From the human T2T-CHM13v2.0 reference genome, Homo sapiens, in assembly GCF_009914755.1 (NCBI RefSeq), contig NC_060927.1: 64,000 nucleotides of DNA; one strand, written 5' to 3'. Under the pieces are notes generated by a model. The model worked only from the letters and a program-made list of their open reading frames with translations. It did not search any database and had not been told where the DNA came from. The position numbers and the translations under genes were made by a program. This document shows, piece by piece, positions 39,991 through 54,649 of this stretch (within the stretch, counting starts at the first letter, position 1; each line of letters starts with the position of its first letter).

Positions 39991-41006
39991 TCATACTCAC
40001 TCTGCTGCCAAGGTTTGTTGAGTGCCCACTGTTGTGGCTTTAGGGGGCTTCAAGATAATACCCATGGTCCCCATGTAAGTTCAGAATCCACTGAGATAGC
40101 AACAGGAGTCAGACTTATGGAGAGCAAAATGTCAGCTTTGTCTCTGCTAAAGGCTGGAATGGCAGCCATGGCTTTAGATCTGCAGGGACAGCGGGCCCAG
40201 AATTGAACATGTCCACTCAGTCACAAGCAGAGCTGGAAAACCTGCCTGTGTAAAAACTAAACTGCATGGAAAAGCAGAAAATATGTGCCTCCTGGGACAT
40301 GCCTGCTCCCCAAACTTGAGGGGGTAGAGTGACACATCCCCAGTTCTTTCAAACTCTCCAGTCAGACAACTTACTCCTGCTCCCTTGTTATGGTAATAAG
40401 ATTAGGGAATAGATGTTCCGCACCAGATACTCTGTCTTGGTCACTGTGCAAGGATTGAAGGGAACTATTGTGGATAAAGTTCTGCCCTCGAATAACGCAC
40501 AATACATTGCATCCCTTGCAGATCCACTGCACCCTCTCAGAATCTGGTATCATCTTTCCTCCCTTCCTCTTATCTACTAAAATGCTTGGGTTTGTTTGTT
40601 TGTTTTGTTTTCAGGAACCACGTCAAGTTTGCTTCCTTCATATCTTTTCTGACAACAGCTTGGCATGGTAGAAGGCACAGGAGGTTTGAGGTCAAACCAA
40701 TCTGGCTTTCCATCCTATCACTGCCATTTACTAGCTGCATGGCCTGACTTGCATCAAATAATAAGCCCTCTGAACCTAGGTTTCTGCCTCTGACAAATGG
40801 CAGTGATAATGCCTTGCAGGGAGTTGTGAAATTTAAGCAGATGCATATAAAAAGTGCCTGGCAGGTAGTAGACCTCTGTATGTGATAGCCATTATTATTT
40901 CATGATCGGCTTTGCATCTAAATTGTAGTTGGTACTATACACCAGGTACTATGAAAGCCATTCAACATCTCTTATTTTATTTAATTTTCACAATAGATAG
41001 AAAGGA

Positions 41007-41393
<387 letters not shown>

Positions 41394-41569
41394 TTAGATA
41401 CTTTCCCAAGTTTATACTGTTGGCTACACAGCCTTACAACTTGGGGCATTATATTGCAGACTGCTATACAATGTTTAACACTTGTTCTCATAGTTATTCT
41501 TGATTCTCCAGCTAGTTTTAAGTTGCTTAGAGCAAAAACAATGTTTTTCATATCTTTATCCTCTCTACA

Positions 41570-42030
41570 TTTGGAACACAATTAATGGATTTGAGTATAT
41601 CAAAATGAAATGAAAGATTCCTGTTCAACTGAGGGCACCATAGACAAAATGATAGAAGGAGATATAAATGTCTAAAACTGACATGTAACTCATAACACAC
41701 ACACATACACACACCCTGCAAATCAATCAGAAAAAGAAAACCCAATAAAAAAGGGCAATAGGTATGAATAGGCAATTCCCAAAAGGGGAACCCCAAATGG
41801 ACAATAAATATAGAAAAGATACTCAACATCACTACTATTATTTAAATTGCACAACAACCATTTGAAATCAGTATTATTTTATTATCTCCAATATACAGAT
41901 GAAGAAACACACACAGAGTTTAAGTAGTTTGTCCAAAGTTATACAGTAAATTATAAATGTCACTTTACACTCATCACAGTGGCAAAAATCAGACAGTTGG
42001 ACAATATCAGTGTTAGCATGTGACTAGTGC
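41570..42030 (+). mobile_element. Ancient L1M ORF2-end fossil interrupted by a MIR
   Basis: AAATCAATCAGAAAAAG...TATGAATAGGCAATTC...AAAAGATACTCAACATC. Confidence 0.65.
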
Positions 42031-42037
42031 AATCTTT

Positions 42038-42303
42038 GTGGTGTACTGTAGCAATTAAAAGCATGGGTTTATGAGACAGACTGCCTTGGTACAAAATTGC
42101 CTTGGTAGTAAATCTTAGCTTTACTACTTATTATGTAACCTTGGGCAAGTTACTTAACCCCTTGCATCTCAGTTGCCTCATCTGTAAAATCGTGATAATT
42201 GTACTGATTTCATAGAGCTATTGTGTAGATTAAATGTATCAATATGTAAAGTACTTAGAATAGTGTCTGGTACACAGTAAGCATATAAATAAGATGTATT
42301 ACT
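42038..42303 (+). mobile_element. MIR, near full length
   Basis: GTAACCTTGGGCAAGTTACTTAACC...CCTCATCTGTAAAAT...CTGGTACACAGTAAG. Confidence 0.85.
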
Positions 42304-42625
42304 ACGGAAATAATTCACTAGAGAGCTCTTACAGGTACTGATGATAAAACTGTGCTGTGGCGTATGGTTAACTCTACAATAAATAAAGCAAAAGACAAAA
42401 ATAAACTATGCAGTGGAGAAAATATTTTGAAATGAGATATTTGGAAATGTCTTATCATTAGGCTATTTTGTTATCCAAAACAATAAAAGTGTGGCACCAT
42501 AAAAACTCTCGTGTATGCACATTTTAAAAACTTACACAAAATTTTCTAACCTGTTTAAAAATCTTCAGACAGAATTCCAGTGGCTTATTTACTCATTTGT
42601 TGAAAATATAAAAATATAATAACTT

Positions 42626-42966
42626 GGGACCAGCATGGTGGCTCACACCTGTAATCCCAGCACTTTTGGAGGCTGAGGTGGGATGATCACTTGAGCCCAG
42701 GGGTTCGAGACTAGCCTGGGCAAATGTGGCAAAACCCCGTCTCTATAAAAAATATAAAAATCAGCTGGGTGTTGTGGCATACCCCTGTATTCCCAGTTAC
42801 GGGGGGAGTAGGGGGCCAAGGTGGGAAGATCACTTGATCCTGGGAGGTGGAGGCTGCAGTGACCCATGATTGCACCACTTTACTCCAACCTCCGTGACAG
42901 AGAGAGACCCTGCCTCAAAACAGACAAACAAACAAAAACTAACCAACCAGCCAAACAAACAAAAAA
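42626..42966 (+). mobile_element. Alu (AluJ-like)
   Basis: Diverged dimer. Confidence 0.92.
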
Positions 42967-43121
42967 CCTTTCAATTAATTTTGATTTCCAGAGCAGATGG
43001 GAATTTATGAGCCAAATTTCAACAAAAAAACCTTCGCATGAATGGTTTATAGGACTGGAAAATGAGTAATTTGGTGGGTGAGCCAATGGTACACATCTTC
43101 CATCCAGATCTGTAGAGTGTC

Positions 43122-43339
43122 TTAATGTCACGATATTCAGTACACATTGATTCCTTTCGCATCCAGCTTGCTTTCGCCATGCTTCAGGTAACAATACCCA
43201 CCTTCGCTCTACAGTACCATTCTTCTTCCACTCCTCAAACATGCAAATGGCCTAGGATAAGTCAGTCACCACATTTCAACCCCTTGACCATAGTGATTAC
43301 TTTAAGAGTAGGAATTTGACCAAAGTCAGGCCAATACAG
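43122..43339 (+). repeat. Local direct duplication B, copy 1 (5' part of an old ERVL-type LTR)
   Basis: High similarity to 45329-45544. Confidence 0.92.
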
Positions 43340-43349
43340 CCATATTTGT

Positions 43350-43718
43350 GGGTGCTTTCATCTTCCAGGGCTGCCATAAAAGTATATCACAGACTGGGTG
43401 GCTTAAACAACAGGAACTTATTTTCTCACAGTTCTGGAGGCCAGAATAACAAGACCAAGGTGCCGGCAGCATTGATTTCTTTTGAGATCTCTCTCCTTGG
43501 CAGGCAGATGACTGCCTCCTCCCTGTGTCCTCATATGGCTCTTACCTGGTGTCTCTCCCTCTGCTTGCAAAGACATGAGTCCTATCTAATGTGCACTCTA
43601 CCTTTATGACCTTATTTAACCTTAATTACTTCTTTAAAGGCCATATCTCCGAACAGTCACATTGGGGGTTCGGGCTTCAGCATGAATTTAGAAGGAACTC
43701 AGTTCAGCTCATAACACT
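43350..43718 (-). mobile_element. MLT1 (MaLR) LTR
   Basis: AGACTGGGTGGCTTAAACAACAG...TCTCACAGTTCTGGAGGCCAG...TTCAGCTCATAACA. Confidence 0.88.
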
Positions 43719-43813
43719 GAGTTAGCTTTTTCAGCTCTGACAGCTATAATACCAAATATCAAAATAAACTGGGCTTAGAATTGGACCTTCAGCTCTCTGT
43801 CACAAAATGTTAA

Positions 43814-44124
<311 letters not shown>

Positions 44125-44249
44125 TAGCAAATATATTCTAAATGAAGTAATGACAACACCATCACTAAATGTACTACTATTTTTTTTCAATGAGATCATA
44201 AAGGTGTTTTCACCATTGATAAGTAAAATAAAGAATGTTGATTATTTTA

Positions 44250-44535
<286 letters not shown>

Positions 44536-44979
44536 GCATGTTGATTATTTTATCTTTAACTCATTTCATATTTTACATGTTTTATAATGTATATATTAGC
44601 CTCACTGTTATTGGTGGTAGTATGTAACTGCAAAGTTTGCAAACTATGGCTACAGAAAATCGAATCTCACACTGAGGCCAAAAGAACACTTCAAGAGTTG
44701 AGTACAGTGTTTATTATGGTTAATTAATCATGTTCAGGGTGACATTTGTGTAATCATTGAGAGCATCTGTGACAAGATGGTTTCATCAGCAACTTGGGGA
44801 AATAAAGTACTTATTAAATATTTGTGTTTATTGACATATCCAAAGTAATGCATAATTTGAATGTATGCCTATTTTGCCCTGTCTAAAGGTACTAAACTCA
44901 CATGATCTCCTTCAAATTAATTTGGAAAATTCTGCAAGTTGGTAGTATACGTTTTTGTATTATATTTATAAAAGTATGA

Positions 44980-45305
<326 letters not shown>

Positions 45306-45328
45306 AATAAATGGATTTTATAAAAATT

Positions 45329-45843
45329 TTAATGTCATAATATTCAGTACACACTGATTCCTTTCACACCCAGCATGCTTTCCCCACACTTCAGGTAACA
45401 GCATCCACCTTCCCTCTAGAGTATCATTCTTCTTCCACTTTTCAACCATGCAAATGGCCTAGGATAAGCCAATCACTACATTTCATCCTCTTGACCATAG
45501 TGATTACTTTGAATAGGAATTCAACAGAAGTCAGACCAGTAGAGTGAATGAAATCCAATTCCAAGACTTGTTTACTCATTAGGGAGGCTGACTCTCTTTT
45601 CTGCTGGCCTGGGTACTGGATAGTGTGACTCTGAAGCTGCAGGGGGCCACCACCTGGGCCTGAGATACTGCCAATCCTGAAGAGGCAGCACCAGGAGATG
45701 GAGTCCAGTGACATCATCAGGGCCTCAAATCAAGCTGTACCTGATATAGCTCTAGACTTTTAGGTTTGTTACCTGCTTCTTTTTGCTCAAGCCTCTTAGG
45801 TTGGGTCTTTTAAATCACATTTGAAAAAAACCTTAAATGATCA
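45329..45843 (+). mobile_element. Old ERVL-type LTR (LTR16/LTR33-like); its first ~215 bp are duplication B copy 2
   Basis: GCCAATCA...CCATAGTGATT...TCAAGCTGTACCTGA...GTTGGGTCTTT pattern. Confidence 0.6.
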
Positions 45844-46213
45844 TCAAGTCGTAAATATAATTACAGGGTGTTTAAAACAATAAGATAGCATAAACAAATG
45901 CAATAGTCCTTTAAGCTTAATATTTGCAAAGATTATGAAACAGCAGAGCTGGGAAAGGGAAGTGATTTTCCCAAACACTCATGAAAGAGCAAATGTTCTG
46001 TCTACTGCACCTTGCTACTTCCTCCACTGCCCAGCCTGCTGCAGACATGGGGATGTGTGTTATTTAAGACACCCTTAAAACAAGTGACTGAACCAATTCA
46101 TGCTAGCCTGGGCCAGGAAGGAACTTACTGGCTGATGAGGAGTCTACTGAGGTGGCTCATGGGGCTGAAGGAAGAACTGCAGAATCTAAGGTCTTGGGGA
46201 CTCAAATGGGACT

Positions 46214-46688
46214 TGTGATAGACTAAAAAGCATACCCCTACCAAAATAGAGTCACTTCCTGGAACTTGTAAGTGTTATCTAATGTGGCAAAAGAGCAAAT
46301 ATTATCTTATATGGCAAATATGTGATTAACTTAAGGATCTTGTGAGGAGGGATTTATTCTGGATTATCTGGGTGGGCTGTAAATGCAATGATATGCATTC
46401 TTATAAAAGAGAGGCAGAGCAAGATTAGACACAGACAGGAGAGAAAAGATACACAGAAAAGAAGGTGATGTGAGGATGGAGTGATGTGGCCACAAGCTAA
46501 GGGATGCCAGGAACTGCTGGCAGCCACTAGAAGCTGGAAGATTCAGGAACAGATTCTCCCCAGACTCTACTGAGGGAGTGCTGCCCTGCTGATCCTTGAT
46601 TTCAGGCTTCTGGCCTCCAGAGCTGTGAGAAAATAAATTTCTGTTGTTTAAATTACCAGAGTTGTGGTAGCACTAACAAACTAATGCA
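46214..46688 (+). mobile_element. MLT1D/E-like MaLR LTR
   Basis: TAAGGATCTTG...TGGATTATCTGGGTGGG...TGGCCTCCAGAGCTGTGAGAAAATAAATTTC. Confidence 0.88.
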
Positions 46689-46706
46689 GAACTCAATGAT
46701 GTAAGT

Positions 46707-46723
46707 TTCTCTCTCTCTCTGTC

Positions 46724-46772
<49 letters not shown>
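46707..46772. repeat. Compound (CT)n(CA)n microsatellite
   Basis: Direct reading. Confidence 0.97.
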
Positions 46773-46775
<3 letters not shown>

Positions 46776-48310
46776 AGACTCTCAGCTTATTCAGCTGTTT
46801 TAGTTTTTCCATGTGGCTGAGAAGATAGCTGGTGCAAGCCCTAAAATGCCATCCTTTCAGCCTTGGCAGCCTAGCCAGAAGAGTCTGTTCTCCTGGTCCA
46901 TAGATCCAACTCAGGGGAGGGTTCTGGTTGGCCCTGCTTGTGTCATGTGCCCACCCCTTGGACAAAGCACACTGTCAAGGGGGCATTCCTGTGGTTGGCT
47001 GCGTTTGGGTCATGATACCATCCCTATAGCAGGCTGCACACTCTTACTGATAGCTTCACAAACCACATGGCACGGAGGAAGAGGTTTCTCCAAAGAAGGG
47101 ACCCTGGGCAGACTAAAACAACCACTGTCCAGGTTCTTGGCTCTTTCCCGGCTTGGGACATCATGAAGACATGTAGGATTGTGGACAGAAGAACCACAGA
47201 CTTGTTCCTGAGCACAGGGCATTGGATATTCCAGACAGGGCTAAACAACTGCCTTTAGAATTTATGAGGAGACTAGAAAGGCTGCTTGTTTGATCAAAAT
47301 GATGGGCCCACCCCACTGTAAGCTACAGTTAGAGTAAGCCTGGTGGGCCGGATGAGGGGATGGCCTCAGGGGCAGCATGAAGTATACCCGGTGGCATTAG
47401 GTTATGGGTGGGGTTGAGCACTTTTCAGAGGACCCCTGGGGATGGGAATTTTTCACGGCCAGAGGCTCAAAGCTGAAGCGAGTTTTTGCCTCATTCTCTG
47501 ACCATTTCTTTTCCTTCTCTTTCCCTCCTTGTAGTCCGTTTCCTTCCTATACCTTCTTTCTTTCTTCTCTCCCACTCCCACCCTTGGGAGAAGAAGCAGG
47601 ATGCTAAAGCACTAGCTGTAGGCTTTACAGGAAGCAGTTCATGCTTCCTCCTCCCCCCGAAAAGAAAATGCCTTCCCTTGACTAGTTTTGGTGGACCATT
47701 CTATTATCAGCATAATCACTGACATTTATCATAAAACCTCATGGACTGAGATTCTCTCAGGGTCTGGGCTACTCCCCAGGAGTAAGTCAGGCAATTTTGA
47801 GCAACGACAGGGCTTCTTTCAGACCCTTAGGTATTATTTTTAATGTGCCAGCAAAACCTAAAAATGGAAGAGGATAAATGCAGCTGTTCAAAGGAGCTGA
47901 CCTGCACAAAAAGGTCATGCCGTGGAAGAATCTGGCTCATTAAGAATGTGTGAGTGTGACAGAAAATGCTCATTTTAACCAGCTTTTTATGGTAAATAGC
48001 AGTGCTGCCACTAACCGGCTGAATAACCACTCAGAGTGAGCCTATCAGATGGCAGCCTCCTCCAGCTGGCTGTGCCCCTTGATGTCTTCTCTTTGCCCTC
48101 ATTAAAGTTTTAGTCTCTTATGGCTACTTCCAAAGAAAGCTGACTCTTTCAAGTTCCCGACTTAAATAGTGGTAATGAATGTATAGCTGTAATTGAAGGC
48201 AGAGAGGAGTAATGTAATGTCTCTGCAGGGAAGAGACTTGTAGTTCCTTTTTTAAATGTGAGGAGATAGGCTACCCTAATACAAATGAAAATCTGTGGAT
48301 CTGATTGGCT

Positions 48311-48844
48311 GTGTGTTGGGGTCCCCCAGACCACTCCCAGGTTTAACGGTTCACTAGGGAGACTCACAGGACTCAGCATATAGTTGTGCTCATGGCTATG
48401 ATTTATTGTAGTGAAAAGATAGCAAGTAAAATCAGCAAGGGGAAAAGGCATGTAGGGCAAAGACCAGCGGATATCAGGCGCGTACTTCCAAGAGTCCTCT
48501 CCCAGTGAAGTCGCACAAGATGCACTGAATTTCTCCAGCAACAAATTGGGACACCACGCGTCAAGTGTTGTCCTCCAGGGAAGCTCATAAGCGAGTCAGT
48601 GCCCAAAGCTTTTTGTGAGGCTGGTCACGTAGGCAGCTTCTTTTTATCATGTGCCAGAATTTCAGACTCCTTGAAGGAAAGCAACTGTTCAGCATAAACC
48701 ATACTGTTCACACAAGCAGTTCTGAGAGTGGTGGGGACTCTCCTTAAATCCAAGTTTTCTGATGCCAGCCGTGGACAAGCCTTGCAATCAGCACTTTCTA
48801 AGCCCAGTAGTCTCAGCCCTGCCATGTTAACTGTTTTCTGCACA
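48311..48844 (-). mobile_element. MER21-family LTR
   Basis: TGTGTTGGGGTCCCCCAGACCAC...ACTCACAGGACTCAGCATATAG...TGTTAACTGTTTTCTGCACA. Confidence 0.85.
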
Positions 48845-49355
48845 TGATGACAGTGAAACTTTTCAATTCTTTAATCTCTGCAATTTACCAGCGGCCATTG
48901 CATTTCCTGCATTTAAGGCAACGCTGAAGTTATAAAACAGAACTTACTAAATATAAATTAAAAGACAGGCTATGCAGGCTGAAATTTCTCTCATGCCCCC
49001 AGCTCTCTTCTGAATGGTCCTCATATACTATGTGCTTATCTTGCTATCCTGGCTATAAATGATGGAACAGGGATTTTTCCCTTGAGTCAAAATCTAATAC
49101 ATATAAGTTGGACATGATTGAGACCAAGAGTCACAGAGACTGACCAATAAGGGGCGCTCCATAGTGTGATGGTGGCAAGCTGATTCAGTCCACTGTCTTT
49201 GAAACAATAAATACCAGATGGAGAAAATGAAAGTGGGTGACTAGAACTCAGACTGAGTGAGGACAATGTGAAGCTATTGTTCTAGGTCTCTGTGAAATGT
49301 GTTGTGCTCCCCAGTCTTGGAAGTCTATGTTTAGGACAGAGGTGATCGCCTCCCT

Positions 49356-49403
49356 GTGATCTTGGCTCACTGCAACCTCCGCCTCCTGGGTTCAAGTGAT
49401 TCT
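49356..49403 (-). mobile_element. Isolated 48-bp internal Alu fragment
   Basis: GTGATCTTGGCTCACTGCAACCTCCGCCTCCTGGGTTCAAGTGATTCT with no tail or TSD. Confidence 0.85.
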
Positions 49404-51375
49404 TATGCAGATTCAAGTGGCTCACATCCTCATGTGTCCTTGCACTGAACACATTTTCTTCCTTAATATCGGTGTGTCTTTTCCAAGCAGCCTGAAAGAG
49501 CCTAGTAACATAGAGGTAAATATTCCCTTTTCAAAAGGATGCCACGACTAAACTGAGAATAGTTATACTAGAGGGCATCCAAGGAAATGTGAGAGTGTAG
49601 TTTAGGTCAGTTACAGGAAGTGGTATCTTACACTGCAAAAAGGAAGTTTTGGACCACTCTCAAAAGTAGAAAACATAAGCAGGCTTAAAAAAAGCTTTAA
49701 AAATTATCTTTGTTGTTGAATCATAAGGAGTTATTGATAAAAGCTGAATATGTTCGGACTGCTTCCTCTTCTATGAGGTGTAGGTCAGGAAAGTGAGTGA
49801 TGTTCCCTTCCCGCCATGTAGCTCTGCTATCCTTGTCACATGCAACCTCTTGATGAGGCTGCCAGCAGAGGCTATAAAGTTGAGAATATCCTCTGAAGAC
49901 CTGAGCCCCCAAACCCCAAACTGAACTTAAACTGGGCTAACGCATCCTGATGGGCTCGTAAAGTGCCAACATTCAACCCTGACCTCTAACTTAGGTGCTG
50001 AGGCAGGAGTATGGTGTATTTATCAATTTGTGGATTAAATGCATCTTAACAGTCAACATTTTATGACCCTGTGAGGATGAGGGTAAGTAAAAGTGCATTT
50101 GATGGACACTGCTTAGCCCAGGATATTGTGGTGAGAGGACCTCACAGCGTACTGTTGGTGTGTGGGAGCACGCTCCCTGCCTTCTGACCAAGCACTTATG
50201 GAAACTCCCGCTGACATGTTGGCTGAGGCAGGAATGTAATTAGAAAGGATGGTTTCATTCCAGCACCATCACCTTCTTCAGGAAAGGGTAACCCTTCTTT
50301 ATCTGGCATGTGGCCTTTTAGTTGAACTTGGAGTATTTGGGGATTGTTCAGAGACAGTGCTAACTGGCACAGGAATACTCATTCTGTGTTGATTGTTCCC
50401 TAGGGAGCTTCCTGCAGTAAAAGTGATAAGGGTTGTTCCAGGCTATCCGGTTATAACATTGGAGCCATGTTCATTCTTTGTTACTAAAAAAGAAAGTTTC
50501 TTTCTCTAGAGGGGCAGGGGAAGATGCATAGCTCCCTTAAGCACTCAGGGCATGGTTATGCTTTTGGATACAGGGTGGTGGTTAATAATATAGCTTAAGG
50601 AGTATTAGAGACCTGCCACTTACTAGTTGGTTGGTTGCTTAAGCTCTTTGCTCCTTAGTTACTTCTATAAAATGTCAAGAATAATATTGCACATAGTTTT
50701 TGTAAGGATAGAATGGAATAATGTATGTAAAATACTTAGTGCAGTGCCTAGCCTGGAGTAAATGCTCAATTACTATTAGCTATTTAACTATTTTACTTAT
50801 TCATAGGTACTGAGAATCTTCTCTATGATTATTTTATTCCTAAACTTTCCAAGATCACAGTTTCATTACTGGAAGTGATCAGCAGCAGAAAGTTGTATAG
50901 TCATTTATCAGGAATAGATTTCGGCTGTTTGAAAATGTTGTAGACGTTCGGCATTTGTGGATTTAGATTTTGCAGTTTCAGCTATTTATAGACAACCTCA
51001 GGGATTCATGACAGCATATTTTATCTGAAACTTTAATCTAAAAGAGATAATAAGTAATCAGGATGCAGTGGAATCATTTTGAATATCTACCCAGCCATGT
51101 CCTTCTCTGAGAACTGACCCCACTCAGAGAGGTGAACCCAGAGGTGGGATTGTTCCTTATAACCCCTGCACCACAGCTGATTGGACCAGGCCTGGACACC
51201 CAACTGAGGGAGAGCTAAGGTGATGATTGAGTCAATCCAATTTTCTCTCCTGGATTGTTCTTATTTTTAGGAGATACCGGAAGAAGAATTTGACAATAAC
51301 ATCTCATGATTCTGCAATTTATTTTCAAATGGTTCAGGGGAAAAATATATCTGTCTGTATATATTATACAGAGAA

Positions 51376-51378
<3 letters not shown>

Positions 51379-51406
<28 letters not shown>
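51379..51406. repeat. (GA)n microsatellite within an old L1M 3' fragment (~51300-51520)
   Basis: Direct reading; flanking TTTCAAATGGTTCAG and GTTCATTGTACTATTCTT. Confidence 0.85.
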
Positions 51407-51409
<3 letters not shown>

Positions 51410-52771
51410 TAGACATCATAGAGGGCTAACAATTGATAAATCTAACTAAAGATTACACAAGTGTTCATTGTACTATTCTTTCCATTTTTCTTTGGTTTTA
51501 AATGTTAAAAGTTGTAAACAGCTTTTAATGGAAAATGAAGTGTCCCTTTAAAAAGATTTTCTTAAAAAAATCCTTGAATTAGAAATGTACTCCAGAGCCT
51601 ATAACCATCTCTCCTGAGCTTTGAGCCAAGAAACCACATGTTAGTATTGAGTGGCAGGGGCCAGGCACACACAGAAGAGGAAACTGGATTTCAGAGAGAC
51701 ACAGAGCAGAGGGGCAGAAATAAGCAGGGGGAGAGCCTGAGGGTCTTGGGAAAAGGCGAGTGGAGACTTGATTCTTGAGTTCCTGGTTCTGTCTTCAGAG
51801 GCCTGGTGCTGGTGTGAGGCCTAGTTCTTCTTTCTGCCTGCAAGTTCCATGAGATACCCTGATATCCTTCCAATAAATTCTTTTTTAAAAAATTTGCTGA
51901 CAACAGCTTGAGTGGTTCTGGTCCTTATGAACAAGTAGGCTCTGATTAGACCCCTGGCCGGCCTGTGGTAATGGGTGTGCTGAGGCACGTGTGGGACTCA
52001 ACGTGCATAAGCTGTGGCTGAGTAGCTTAGCTGAGAGTGTGTCTCAAAGACTGCCAGTGTCTACATCTCAATGGCGCGTGTGTGCCATAGAGTATAGGTG
52101 TTCACTGAAAGAATCACTCTCAACTGGACTTTATAGCCTTTAAAGGAATAAATATTCTGTATAGTAGGAACACAGATTCCTCAGTCCATACACTCAGATG
52201 TGCAGAAAAAAAAATAACCTTTTTTCCTTTTCTAGGACTAAACTTAAGTCCCATCTGCAGCCTCCCTTCTCCCTGGTAGCAGAATCTGGGTTTGCTCCCT
52301 GAGTTCAGTGTTTTCCTTCTTTTCCCCTGGGAGAATGTGGGGAGGATGGGCATCATCATGCGTGCACGCCTGCATCTACAAAGATGTCCCCTTCACTCTC
52401 TAGTCCTCCTCATCCTCACTGTGCAGCTTCTTCTGGCCCACCTGCTCCCTGGCTCCTGACCTGCTGTCTGGATACACAGGGACTTTCAGAGGCAGCCTCT
52501 GGCCTCTCTGCCCATACCCAGATCATTCCGGTGTCCACAGGGGTGGAGTCTTACCTCTTCCTGGGCTCAGATTTCCCAAACATGATTCTGAGAGTTCTTC
52601 TGTCCACCTTCTTCCCAGGCCTGAGTTTATGGGGGGAAAGTTACAGGGCCTTCTGCAAGTCATCAATGTGACTTTCTCTCCCTTCTCATGCAGCCCCAGA
52701 AGGGGGGACTGGATTGTAGACCCCCTGGAGATTCTTCTCAGTTATTGTTTCTGGTATAGTTTCATTTAAAA

Positions 52772-53068
52772 CTTGTTTGTTTGTTTGTTTTTTGACAGCC
52801 TCGCTCTGTTGCCCTTTCTGGAGTACAGTGGCGAGATCTCGGCTCACTGCATCTTCACCTCCCAGGTTCAAGCGACTCTTCTCCTCAGCCTCCTGAGTAG
52901 CTGAGACTATAGGCTGTGCCACCACACGGGGCTAATGCTTGTATTTTTAGCAGAGACGTGGTTTTGCCATGTTGGCCAGGCTGGTCTCCAACTCCTGGCC
53001 TCAAGTGATCAGCTTCCCTTGGCCTCCCAAAGTGCTGAGATTACAGGTGTGAGCCATTGCACCTGGCC
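52772..53068 (-). mobile_element. Alu (AluS-like)
   Basis: Full dimer, (TTTG)n tail, flanks AAAACTT. Confidence 0.95.
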
Positions 53069-53191
53069 AAAACTTAGTTTTTTATGTTTATTAGAATATC
53101 TGCACAGAAATAGCATATTTTATTGTTTACTTTCAAAATATTAATGACTATAACTAACCAGAGAGACTTTCTATATTGCCCCTTTAGAAAC

Positions 53192-53290
53192 ATGGGATTC
53201 ATAATTTACTGATGTATGGTATAACTTTATGCCATGAGTCTTTTGGGGAATTAGCTTTTGATATCTAAAAGTCAAGTTTTGGGATTTCAA
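53192..53290 (+). repeat. Local direct duplication C, copy 1
   Basis: Similar to 54098-54212. Confidence 0.85.
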
Positions 53291-54097
53291 AATGCTTTTC
53301 TCTTGCAAAGTCTATTTTAGAACCCAAAATCAAAGGGCTGACTTCTTTGATACCCATATTTTGTTGCAACAAACCTATTCTGAGGTAATGATGACTTAGG
53401 TCTAGGTCAAATGGAGACTGGTCAAGGGATACAATGAATTGTAGGAGACAGTAGTGTTCAGGGGGAGAACATGTTGGGTTATATTATCCCACTCTGTATA
53501 ACAATGTGGTGCTCATGAATCTGGGGATTTAAATATGTCCTAGAGTTTTGCTTGCCAATGTCAAAGTTTTCCTCTATGGAGAGGTAACAGATTTTCCCTT
53601 GCCAAAGTTCTACAAGATGACATCTTGTGTACCTGAAACTTGAGTCAGCTGGGTCACCCTAAACAATTCAAATGCAGCTGGGGGTAGAAGGTGGCAAGCA
53701 AAGTCTCCAAGTCACTAAAAGAGGTTTCATGGAAGCTGTGCAACAGAGTTGACTCATGGATAAGCCCCTTAAACCTTCAAACAAAGCCTATTGATTTACA
53801 TATGTGGGCACCTCGGTTATCAAGTTTCTGGGCTACGATGGGGTTGGAAAATGACAGAAGGATCTGGTTGTATATTGCAAAGAGTAAGAAAAGCTCCTGA
53901 TAGCATGATAGCAGTGAGGGAGTCAGAAGTACAACAAAAATCAAGTAAAAACATTTTAAAAATTAATGCTGTCAAAGGACATTAGTGTAAATATAATGAT
54001 TTAAATTTCTCATTTGTTCTTGTACCTAGTACTATAATCAATCATAGTGTTTTAAGTCTCAGTGGGAATTTAAAGAAATCTAACCCAATTATAAAAT

Positions 54098-54212
54098 ATG
54101 GGATTCATAATTTAACAATATGACATAAGAATAATAGTATGACATGATTTTATGTCCTGAGTCTTTTGGGACATTAGCTTTTGATAACTAAAAGCCACAC
54201 TTTGGATCTCAA
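54098..54212 (+). repeat. Local direct duplication C, copy 2
   Basis: Similar to 53192-53290. Confidence 0.85.
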
Positions 54213-54236
54213 CTCTTCCATTTTTTTTGCATAGAC

Positions 54237-54649
54237 TGTAATGGCCTGATTTGTGTACATCCCACATCATACTTTCCTCACCCCACACAGTACCTCAGAG
54301 TATGACTGTATTTGGAGATTGGCCCTTTAAAGAGATGATTAAGTTAAAACAAGGCCATTAGAGTGCCCTAATCCAATTTAACTTGTGTCCTATTTGTAAG
54401 AAGAAATTTGGACACATAGAAAGACACCAGGAATGTGTGTCCATAGAGAACAGGCTATGTGAGGACACAGTGAGAAGGCGGCCGCATGCAAGCCGAGGAC
54501 AGAGGCCTCAGAAGAAACCAAATATGCCAACACCTTGGTCTTGGGACTTCCAGCCTCCAGAGCTCTAAGAAAGTAAATTTCTGTTGTTTAAGCCACACAG
54601 TCTGTGATACTTTGTTAAGGTGTCCTAGCACGCAAATACAAAGACTACA
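54237..54649 (+). mobile_element. MLT1A/B-like MaLR LTR
   Basis: TGTATTTGGAGAT...CCCTAATCCAAT...GGACTTCCAGCCTCCAGA...TTTCTGTTGTTTAAGCCAC. Confidence 0.88.
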
